A stretch of 32,692 bases of DNA. Origin: Acidobacteriaceae bacterium (GTDB lineage: Bacteria > Acidobacteriota > Terriglobia > Bryobacterales > Bryobacteraceae). The DNA lies in NCBI GenBank assembly GCA_019244945.1, contig JAFASD010000434.1, forward strand, positions 1 through 32,692, given 5' to 3'. Position 1 is the first letter of the stretch, and each line of letters starts with the position of its first letter. A model generated the notes under the pieces. It had not been told where the DNA came from, searched no databases, and saw only the letters and a list, made by a program, of their open reading frames with translations. The translations under genes were made by a program, and so were the position numbers. This document shows positions 26,237-32,692 of the stretch, piece by piece.

Positions 26237-26710
26237 GTGAAACGCTGTATCCTAACCATTTCAGGCGCGGCTGCACTTGTGCTGTTCGCGACGCCTCGGA
26301 CGGCGATATCGCAAGTGTCGAACGTACAATACACACTTGACGTATACGTGGCTTATACAGGTGCGGGAACCGTAGATGACAAGCACAAGATCTATGTCGT
26401 GCTATGGGATCCGGCCGATTTTGTGAAGGGCCTCACGATCACGCCTTTGGCTATAAAATCAACGTCGTCAAACGCTCGAACAGTCAGATTTGATCACCTG
26501 AACAAGACACCCATTTGCATCAGTGCAGTTTACGATTCGAGCGGAAGCTGGGACACTCGATCCGACCCGCCCGGAGGTTCATCGATGGGACTTTACAGCA
26601 AAGTTCCGGGACGACCCGCTCTCGTGCAACTAGATTCTGACACAGCCGCAAGGATCGATCTATCCTTTGGCGACAGCGTGAAGATGTGGTTTAAGACGGC
26701 GGCAAAGTAA
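26237..26710 (+). CDS. Secreted hypothetical protein (157 aa, signal peptide)
   Basis: GTG 26237 lies 6 nt after AAGGAGG (26224-26230). Signal peptide KRCILTISGAAALVLFATPRTAISQ. The mature part is beta-rich, with no recognised family. Confidence 0.65.
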   Translation: MKRCILTISGAAALVLFATPRTAISQVSNVQYTLDVYVAYTGAGTVDDKHKIYVVLWDPADFVKGLTITPLAIKSTSSNARTVRFDHLNKTPICISAVYDSSGSWDTRSDPPGGSSMGLYSKVPGRPALVQLDSDTAARIDLSFGDSVKMWFKTAAK

Positions 26711-27015
26711 CGCGCGACTCGGTGCGAATTTTCGGGCAACGAAGATCTTTCTCGTTACACCTGAGCTCCGTAGGTGCGAAATGGAGCCGACCGCGATAAG
26801 CATTTAGCTCAAATCGAGATGGCGCCTAGGTTCAAGCCGCGGAAGTTGGAATCCGACCCGCTCCCGAAAAGGAGCAGTTTACCGGATAGGCAGAGAGCAC
26901 CGGGCCGAGCTAGCAATTTAAAAACAATTACGCGGGAAAACAGCGCTGCTGCACATCAGGTCTTACGTGTAATTGTCGCAGCCATCAACCTGGTCTCGGC
27001 CCAAATTTCGTCAAG

Positions 27016-27741
27016 TCAACCGCCACTAATTAACACGGGATAATAGTACGCTGCTTGTTCTTGTCCTTGCTCCTCACGACGCATACCCAAATAGTAACGG
27101 CCCGGTTTCGCTGAGGAGAGGTCAAATGTCACTACGACGGCGATCTTCTTATCAGTTCCGGTCGTAGTTGCTGAGCCGAGGGCGATTGCAGTGCTTTCGG
27201 AGCGCGATTTCAGGATCGCCAATACATATCGGCCCGGATGACTGAATAGCGGAAGTGTGACGTGTAGCTCGTCGAGCTTCCTTGGGAGCGTTGCCAGCAC
27301 GCGCCCGTTTGCGGTATCATCTTCGCCCAGACCTCGAACCACGCCTTCATTTGTCAAGTCAACCGCGATAATTGCGGTTCCGCGCACCCGATTGGCTGTG
27401 AACAAGACGATCACAAGGATGCAGGCAAAACCGACGACTACTGCTGCCCAAATTGAAGCCGTTCGTTTGCGCCTGGCCGTCCGTTCCGCGCCTTCGATCT
27501 CGGCGAGGCGCGCATCGCGAATCGTCTTGAAATCGGCGAAGCACGGCGAACAGTGCCAGATGTGATCCCAGGCCGGATCGTCCCTGCCGATTCTGCGTTC
27601 GCCGAGCGCCCGCATAGTTTCGGGCGGTGGACATCCTACGCGCTCCGGGTTCGGGAACGCGTGGAGCAGGATCTCCTCTATCGGGTTATCGTCTTCCTGT
27701 TCAGCGGCCACGCAATCCCGTGTCTGGGCCGAGCTTGTCAT
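27016..27741 (-). CDS. Membrane-anchored anti-sigma factor candidate with ZAS (HxxxCxxC) motif
   Basis: HIWHCSPC (nt 27541-27564) matches H-x3-C-x2-C, preceded by a further Cys (GCPPPE). It has a single TM helix (IWAAVVVGFACILVIVLFTA) and a ~130-aa extracytoplasmic domain. It overlaps the 3' end of the sigma gene by 41 nt from ATG 27741, or 74 nt from GTG 27774. Confidence 0.6.
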   Translation of the reverse strand: MTSSAQTRDCVAAEQEDDNPIEEILLHAFPNPERVGCPPPETMRALGERRIGRDDPAWDHIWHCSPCFADFKTIRDARLAEIEGAERTARRKRTASIWAAVVVGFACILVIVLFTANRVRGTAIIAVDLTNEGVVRGLGEDDTANGRVLATLPRKLDELHVTLPLFSHPGRYVLAILKSRSESTAIALGSATTTGTDKKIAVVVTFDLSSAKPGRYYLGMRREEQGQEQAAYYYPVLISGG

Positions 27742-28225
27742 CGAGAACCCGGCGTAAGATACGTTTGGCGGCACGATATCGAGTCTCGGCCGTGCGCGGC
27801 TTTAGGTGCATGTCGCGATCGATCATGGAGCAAGGTTCGCCGGCCATATGCCGGAGAAAGATTTCTCGATCTTGCGCGTCCAGGTGTTCCAAGGCTTCAC
27901 GCACGAAGACCCGTTTTTCAATTTCATCCCGACGCCGCAGATCGGGAAGTGCTTCCACGTTTCCGTGCACAACTGTCACATCCTTCGACTGTTTGTTCAT
28001 GGCTGCACGATTTAGCGCCGTATTGATGGCGCGAGTGGCATACGCACGCAGGTTTTGAATGATGTGGAGCTTCCGCCCGACCCGCTCAGCAGCTCGAATC
28101 ACAACTGTTGGATCTTGCTCGCTACGAACAATCGCTTTGCCGGCTACGTCTAGAATGACTTCACGATCGGCATCGGGTACTGGAAGCCCAGTTTCGGTTC
28201 GGAGATCAACGCCATCCCAAGCCAT
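27701..28225 (-). CDS. ECF-type sigma-70 family factor (divergent, 174 aa)
   Basis: Region-4-like HTH LDAQDREIFLRHMAGEPCSMIDRDMHLKPRTAETRYRAAKRILRRVL and region-2-like NLRAYATRAINTALNRA. GAGG lies 4 nt upstream of ATG 28225. It is paired with a ZAS-motif membrane protein. Regions 2.1/2.2 are poorly conserved. Confidence 0.6.
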   Translation of the reverse strand: MAWDGVDLRTETGLPVPDADREVILDVAGKAIVRSEQDPTVVIRAAERVGRKLHIIQNLRAYATRAINTALNRAAMNKQSKDVTVVHGNVEALPDLRRRDEIEKRVFVREALEHLDAQDREIFLRHMAGEPCSMIDRDMHLKPRTAETRYRAAKRILRRVLDDKLGPDTGLRGR

Positions 28226-28416
28226 GACACCTCGAAAACACGTTTTCGCTCATCATTGCCGGAGCGCGGAATGCGGCGGCAAACCCCAATTGTAATCCGG
28301 GTGATTTTCTGAACAAGCGTCGAGACAAAAATATTTGCCGAGGGCTGCGGGAAAGGACGGTTTTCTTCCCATCTGTACGTGCGAGGGGCCATGTCCGGCG
28401 CCTCGGAGCTAACATT

Positions 28417-28722
28417 TTGCCAATCCCCGACGAACCTCAAAATTCAAAACCGAAAGCATTCATTGTGCATTATCAAGTCCGGGGCCGGCGGAAACGGCAG
28501 CCACTGACGAGCCGTTGTAGTACGGTTGAAGAAATCATTGACCTCGGCCAACGATCATTCCCGGCGTTCACCGAACGAAATCCCTGGATTTGTATTGACT
28601 CGAAACACGCGACCGTGTTCGTGGGTCTCGATCCCCAATCTCAATCGCGCAACCCCAACGCCATGAGCGACGATGCGTTGAGAAATAATATGTCTTCTGA
28701 CATGGAGTCTATCCAGCAATGA
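28417..28722 (+). CDS. Hypothetical small protein (weak call)
   Basis: The only support is an open frame whose stop forms an ATGA overlap with the next gene's start at 28719. TTG start with no clear RBS and no recognisable motif. Confidence 0.3.
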   Translation: MPIPDEPQNSKPKAFIVHYQVRGRRKRQPLTSRCSTVEEIIDLGQRSFPAFTERNPWICIDSKHATVFVGLDPQSQSRNPNAMSDDALRNNMSSDMESIQQ

Positions 28723-29105
28723 TAAGAAGCTTAGGAATTCTTCTGCTCCTTGCGGCATGTCTGTATGCTGACCAAGCCGCATCCTTTTCACACGGCGCGG
28801 ATCTCGATACCGTTTACGAAGCCGTTCTCAACCAGGTCAAGAAAGATGGTGCGGAGGTTGAGTCTGCGTCGAAGGATGCCGGAATCAAAACGGCAGTGAC
28901 GGTCACCGGGCACTACAAGCAGACGGGGTCATTTCTGGAAATCACATTCATTTCCGACGGCCCGGCACAGACTACTGTTCGGGTCACGGCATATGAAGAG
29001 AAGCGCTATAAAGGCTTGAAAACCGAGCCGTGGTCAACGCCGAAGGCTAACGAAAAAGAATCACAAGCAGAAGCGGCGAAGTTGAAGCAGGAGTTGGGGT
29101 GGTAA
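28719..29105 (+). CDS. Small lipoprotein (128 aa)
   Basis: MIRSLGILLLLAAC is a signal peptide with lipobox L-A-A-C. The mature domain is short and beta-rich, with a charged C-terminal helix. Confidence 0.65.
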   Translation: MIRSLGILLLLAACLYADQAASFSHGADLDTVYEAVLNQVKKDGAEVESASKDAGIKTAVTVTGHYKQTGSFLEITFISDGPAQTTVRVTAYEEKRYKGLKTEPWSTPKANEKESQAEAAKLKQELGW

Positions 29106-29127
29106 GTGTCGGGGAATCGAGCCACGC

Positions 29128-29868
29128 TCATTCGCCCCGTAAATCCCCGATCCCTTGACAAATACTTCCGACCGCTAGAGCCGAAGATCCTATAACACCA
29201 TACGCTGTAGCGGGGTTCGGAGCGATAAGCGTGCCTGTTGCAAGTAAGAGATTTCCAGCTGCTGTGACCGTTCCGGCGAGTATTTTCCCTATTCCATTGA
29301 AGATTTTCTTTTTCTTGTTGACATCAAGTTGAGTTGGTGCCGAGCTATTTGAGCCACTCATAAGCCGTTCCTTGATGCGTTTGAGTTCGTCCCGAGCTTG
29401 TTCCGCAGTTGCCGACGGCTTAGCCTCTCTGTGACCCAGCCTTTTTCTGGCGTAGTGGATGAGAATCGTAATTTCAGCGTCTGGGTCGTCAACTCCTGTA
29501 CCTCGCAGCAGTCGAACGTCTTCGTCAGGAATGGCGTTTCGCCGCAACTCTGCAAACGTGATATCTGGGGCTTCATCGAGGGCTGATAAAACGCCACTTT
29601 CTCGCATCTCATCTACGACGTGCTGAACATACCAATTGTCGAGTTCGTTGCCCAGAGCGTTCAGCAACTCGGGGTTGTCAGATCGCTCGCCAACAGCTTT
29701 TGCGAACCTTGCCGTTGACGACAATTTGCCAATTGCGTAAAGAAGCTCGTCCCCTTCGGGATGCATGTGGCGGCGGCGGTACGGTCTTACATGGGTTCGC
29801 GCCAATGCAGCCAAAAATTCCCGATATTCGCTGTCCGTCACGTTTGCCTTTCGCTCCGAATTTATCAC
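29128..29868 (-). CDS. Hypothetical protein with C-terminal glycine-zipper two-helix membrane tail
   Basis: GTG start at 29868, with ATG 29766 as an alternative. The ~180-aa helical N-terminal part has no recognised motif. A Lys-rich hinge (NKKKKIF) is followed by GIGKILAGTVTAAGNLLLATGTLIAP...AYGVIGSSALAVGSICQGIG. Confidence 0.55.
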   Translation of the reverse strand: MINSERKANVTDSEYREFLAALARTHVRPYRRRHMHPEGDELLYAIGKLSSTARFAKAVGERSDNPELLNALGNELDNWYVQHVVDEMRESGVLSALDEAPDITFAELRRNAIPDEDVRLLRGTGVDDPDAEITILIHYARKRLGHREAKPSATAEQARDELKRIKERLMSGSNSSAPTQLDVNKKKKIFNGIGKILAGTVTAAGNLLLATGTLIAPNPATAYGVIGSSALAVGSICQGIGDLRGE

Positions 29869-30198
29869 TGACCCAGCCTCGCTTGTCGCGAATTGATGCG
29901 TTTGACGTAAACACGAAATGAATTGTCGGCTGGCGTGAACCTACCAGCCGTCTAAGTTGACTTGGCCCGGCTTCCGGGATTCCAGAGCCCGCCAAACGCC
30001 TTTTCTTTCTTCGCATTCGCACCGGGCGACCCGTCGTCAACACTTTCTTTTGACTTCCCCTCGCCAACACCGCTCGGCAAAACAAAGTGTGTGACTTCCG
30101 GGTGACCCCGCCCGGCGCCTACCCCAATGCTCGAAAGGCGTTCGTCGCGTCTTTCACCCCTCCGCCACGGGGTCAGTTGTTGAAAGGCAAAAAGCACA

Positions 30199-31038
30199 GT
30201 GAACACACAAAACGCAACATCAGAAATCGTATCGAAGTCACTCGCCACGTTAGCCGAAGCGCTGGAAGCAGGAAACAGCGCAGCGTTGACCGCATACCTG
30301 AGCGTCATGGCACGCTTTCACAGGTATTCATGGGCGAATTGCCTACTGATTGCCGTGCAGCGCCCGAACGCGACGCACGTAGCGGGATTTCGAGCATGGC
30401 TCGGTTTAGGGCGGCATGTCCGAAAAGGAGAGAAAGGCATTGCCATTCTCGCGCCGATTATCACCAAGTGCAAATGGGACAAAAAAGACGAGCAGCACCG
30501 CGACAATAGCAGCACCGCCGAAGCCGTTGAACATTTGGTCGGTTTCCGTAGTGCATATGTCTTCGATATTTCCCAAACCCATGGGGAAGATCTCCCGGAG
30601 TTCGCCACTGTAAGGGGTGAGCCGAACGAATACCTACAACGGCTGAAGGCGTTCGTAGCTTCGCACGCGATCATGCTCGACTATGATGCCGCGATTGCGC
30701 CAGCGAAGGGCGTTTCGTTAGGCGGAAGAATCGCGCTCCTACCGAACCAACCCGCCGCGCAGGAATTCTCGACGCTTGTCCACGAACTGGCACACGAGAA
30801 GCTCCACAGAACAGAACGCCGTATCGAAACGACGAAAACAATTCGGGAGACCGAGGCGGAAGCTGTCGCCTTTGTAGTCTGCCACGGAATCGGACTCGAT
30901 ACCAACAGCGCTGCAGCGGATTACATAAAGCTGTACAACGGCAACCGCGCCACGCTCTCCGATTCCCTTCACTTCATTCAGTCAACCGCTGCCGAGATCC
31001 TCACCGCCCTTCAAAACGGCGCTGACCCCGCGCAGTAA
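30199..31038 (+). CDS. ardC: ArdC-type protein (ssDNA-binding N-domain + HExxH metalloprotease domain)
   Basis: YSWANCLLIAVQRPNATHVAGFRAWLGLGRHVRKGEKGIAILAP fits the ArdC-N/DUF1738 pattern. The C-terminal domain carries HELAHEKLH (HExxH). GTG start at 30199. Confidence 0.8.
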   Translation: MNTQNATSEIVSKSLATLAEALEAGNSAALTAYLSVMARFHRYSWANCLLIAVQRPNATHVAGFRAWLGLGRHVRKGEKGIAILAPIITKCKWDKKDEQHRDNSSTAEAVEHLVGFRSAYVFDISQTHGEDLPEFATVRGEPNEYLQRLKAFVASHAIMLDYDAAIAPAKGVSLGGRIALLPNQPAAQEFSTLVHELAHEKLHRTERRIETTKTIRETEAEAVAFVVCHGIGLDTNSAAADYIKLYNGNRATLSDSLHFIQSTAAEILTALQNGADPAQ

Positions 31039-31113
31039 ACCGCAACCAGTTACTTAACCACTCACACATCGGTCGGAGTAGGAATTAAATGATTACTCAT
31101 AACCCCCTCCACA

Positions 31114-31146
31114 GATCCGTACGAGCGGCATTCCCGCATACGGCTC
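31114..31146 (-). ncRNA. Group II intron domain V (catalytic hairpin)
   Basis: The minus strand reads GAGCCGUAUGCGGGAAUGCCGCUCGUACGGAUC. It folds as a 9-bp lower stem with the AGC triad, a 2-nt bulge (UC), a 4-bp upper stem (GCGG/CCGC) and a terminal loop, close to the domain V consensus GAGCCGUAU...GUACGGUUC. Confidence 0.7.
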
Positions 31147-31151
31147 CCGCC

Positions 31152-32636
31152 TCAGGTGAGGACGCCCATTCGCCGCAGAGGGTAGGGATGGCAAACGGTG
31201 GCGGGCGGAAACCAGCGGTCAATGAGCCGATACATTCTTTTCCAGGTGACCCGTTTCCGGCTCCCGCGCATTTTGAGCGCATGGTGCCAGTAATGGCCTA
31301 TCTGAAATCGAAAGTGCTGGATGGCCTTCAGGTTGGTCGGCACCCCGTGATAGCGAACAAATCCGCCCACCACAGAGCCGAGCCATTTCCCTTGTTGGGC
31401 AATGGGCTCGTGCCGGCGCCTGCTCAGTTCGGCCTTGATCTCCTGAAATTTCCTGCTCATCCGTTTCTTGGCTGTCCGGCGAACGACCGTATACATCCCA
31501 TTGCTTCTCTTCTTCCCACAAATGTGGGTGAAGCCCAAGAAGTCGAATGTCTCCGGCCTATCCTGGCCGCGCCTGAGACGGTTCGCAGCCGCGTACGGCC
31601 CAAACTCGATCAGCCGCGTCTTTTCCGGATGCAGCGCCAAACCGAACTTCTCGAATCGCTTCTTGAGTTCGGCCAGACACCGCTCCGCCGCCGCTCTGCT
31701 CTGAAATCCGATCACGAAGTCGTCCGCCCACCTTACGACGATCACGTCGCCGCTGAGGCTGTACGTCTTTCTCCAGTGATTGATCCAGAGGTCGAATACG
31801 TAATGAAGGAAAACGTTCGACAGCAGCGGGGAGATGACCCCGCCCTGCGGCGTTCCCTCATCGACAGCCTTCCATCTCCCTTGCTCCAGCACGCCGGCCT
31901 TGAGCCATTTGCGGATCAAACGCACGACGCGCAGATCTCCGATGCGATGCTCGATGAACTTCACGAGCCATCCGTGGTCAATCGTGTCGAAGAACCCTCG
32001 AATGTCCGCATCGACAATCCAGTCCACTTTCTTCGTCAGCATCCCGACGTAAAGCGCATCCAGGCACTTGTGCTGGCTGCGCCCCGGCCGGTAGCCGTAC
32101 GAGAACCCGAGAAACTCCGTTTCGTAGACCGCATTGAGAACCATGACACATGCGTACTGCACGATCTTGTCCTCAAGCACCGGCACCCCGAGCGGCCTCT
32201 GTTTTCCATTAGCCTTCGGAATGTAAGTTCGCTTGACGGGCTTTGCTCGGTAAGCCCCTCGTTTCAGCCTGGAGGCGAGATCAGCAAGGCAAGCTTCCAG
32301 ATCCTCCCCGTATTGCTTCCACGTCATCCCATCGATACCGCTCGCGGCCTCCCGCTTGAGGCTGATATACGCCTCCCGCAGGGTGTCCACGCTGGCGATG
32401 TGATGCATGAGGCTCGTGAACTTGAGCTTTCTCTCTCTGACTGCAACTTGACGTACTCGCCCCAGCGCGCTTTGCACCCTTTCCCGGCCTTGTATCCGGC
32501 GAGTGTTTTGCTCGGACGAGTTCCCCTTGGCCAGAGCGCTTCCCTCCATCCCCTCCGCCACCGGTTGTCTTCCGGCTTTGTTCGGGGACTTCGCAGGTAC
32601 TACCGCTCCGTCCGACTTCCACTGCTCGTGCATCAT
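31152..32636 (-). CDS. Group II intron-encoded reverse transcriptase/maturase (no En domain evident)
   Basis: RT blocks RPLGVPVLEDKIVQ, DADIRGFFDTIDH, GTPQGGVISPLLSNVFL, VRWADDFVIGF (YADD-type), HPEKTRL and FDFLGF, followed by a maturase/X-like region that ends HPYPLRR. Confidence 0.92.
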   Translation of the reverse strand: MMHEQWKSDGAVVPAKSPNKAGRQPVAEGMEGSALAKGNSSEQNTRRIQGRERVQSALGRVRQVAVRERKLKFTSLMHHIASVDTLREAYISLKREAASGIDGMTWKQYGEDLEACLADLASRLKRGAYRAKPVKRTYIPKANGKQRPLGVPVLEDKIVQYACVMVLNAVYETEFLGFSYGYRPGRSQHKCLDALYVGMLTKKVDWIVDADIRGFFDTIDHGWLVKFIEHRIGDLRVVRLIRKWLKAGVLEQGRWKAVDEGTPQGGVISPLLSNVFLHYVFDLWINHWRKTYSLSGDVIVVRWADDFVIGFQSRAAAERCLAELKKRFEKFGLALHPEKTRLIEFGPYAAANRLRRGQDRPETFDFLGFTHICGKKRSNGMYTVVRRTAKKRMSRKFQEIKAELSRRRHEPIAQQGKWLGSVVGGFVRYHGVPTNLKAIQHFRFQIGHYWHHALKMRGSRKRVTWKRMYRLIDRWFPPATVCHPYPLRRMGVLT

Positions 32637-32692
32637 CGGCGTGCGCCTTTCGGCTTCCCGACACGGCCTTGGCGTCTTCCCAAGGCGAGCAG

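Larger units (their letters stand above)
31072..32692 (-). mobile_element. Group II intron, 5' part cut by window edge (domain IV ORF, domains V and VI present)
   Basis: An RT/maturase ORF is followed 5 nt later by a domain V hairpin, then a domain VI-like helix with a bulged A at 31079. The predicted 3' end is ...GAC at ~31072, 7 nt after the bulged A and ending in AY. Only 56 nt lie upstream of the ORF, so domains I-III are outside the window. Confidence 0.8.

Noticed and set aside
26825-26880. tRNA/tmRNA-like strings (GGTTCAAGCC, TTGGAATCCGACCCGCTCCC) and two GCTCC/GGAGC 5-bp hairpins in the 305-bp spacer 26711-27015
   Set aside because: I could not fold a T-arm or acceptor stem, because the stems do not pair. 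The hairpins are only 5 bp with no U-tract. This may be a degraded att-type remnant, but it is not supportable as an RNA gene from sequence alone. A tRNA/tmRNA covariance scan would settle it.
26774-27043. 89-aa ORF in the 26711-27015 spacer
   Set aside because: No RBS and a low-complexity Arg/Pro/Ser composition. It overlaps the 3' end of the anti-sigma gene.
28719-29105. Small lipoprotein as the missing TssJ
   Set aside because: It lies ~3.4 kb from tssM, separated by unrelated genes. The mature length (~110 aa) is short for TssJ and no TssJ-like motif is recognised. Only the lipobox is supported.
29952-30509. ORFs 29952..30308 (-) and 30087..30509 (+) around the ardC 5' end
   Set aside because: They overlap the well-supported ardC frame or its leader. 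They have no motifs and show biased composition, so they are likely spurious.
1-32692. CRISPR arrays, rRNA, tRNA, transposase/IS elements, integrase
   Set aside because: No regularly spaced direct repeats, no rRNA-like or foldable tRNA sequences and no transposase- or integrase-like ORFs were recognised by eye on either strand. The group II intron is the only mobile element supported.

Overview
This ~32.7 kb, moderately GC-rich bacterial window is dominated by a type VI secretion system (T6SS) locus. All calls come from reading motifs in the supplied translations and the raw sequence; no database search was possible.

- **Main T6SS operon (plus strand, 8221-19488):** tssA-tssB-tssC-hcp-tssE-tssF-tssG-vgrG. 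It is followed by an effector-loading module: a DUF1795/Eag-type chaperone, a prePAAR-TMD-PAAR-TMD effector and a HEAT-repeat candidate immunity protein.
- **Remaining core genes:** an inverted tssK (19728-21206, minus strand), then tssL-tssM up to 25303. No clpV, tssJ, fha or pppA is visible in the window.
- **Divergent four-gene operon (minus strand, 7881 down to 1070):** a soluble Hanks-type Ser/Thr kinase with a long helical-repeat tail, a single-pass SH3b/TPR membrane protein, a signal-peptide protein and a single-polypeptide TssB-TssC fusion sheath paralogue. The fusion is the most unusual gene here. It lacks the segments that build the ClpV-recognised sheath surface domain.
- **tssK relic:** a 39-codon remnant of a second, divergent tssK N-terminus (19582-19701) lies between the immunity candidate and the inverted tssK.
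- **Accessory right-hand ~7 kb:** two orphan genes, an ECF-like sigma / ZAS anti-sigma pair, a small lipoprotein, a protein with a C-terminal glycine-zipper two-helix tail and an ArdC-type gene. It ends in a group II intron truncated at its 5' end by the window edge, with an RT/maturase ORF and recognisable domains V and VI.
- **Left edge:** a 5'-truncated S41 peptidase gene.
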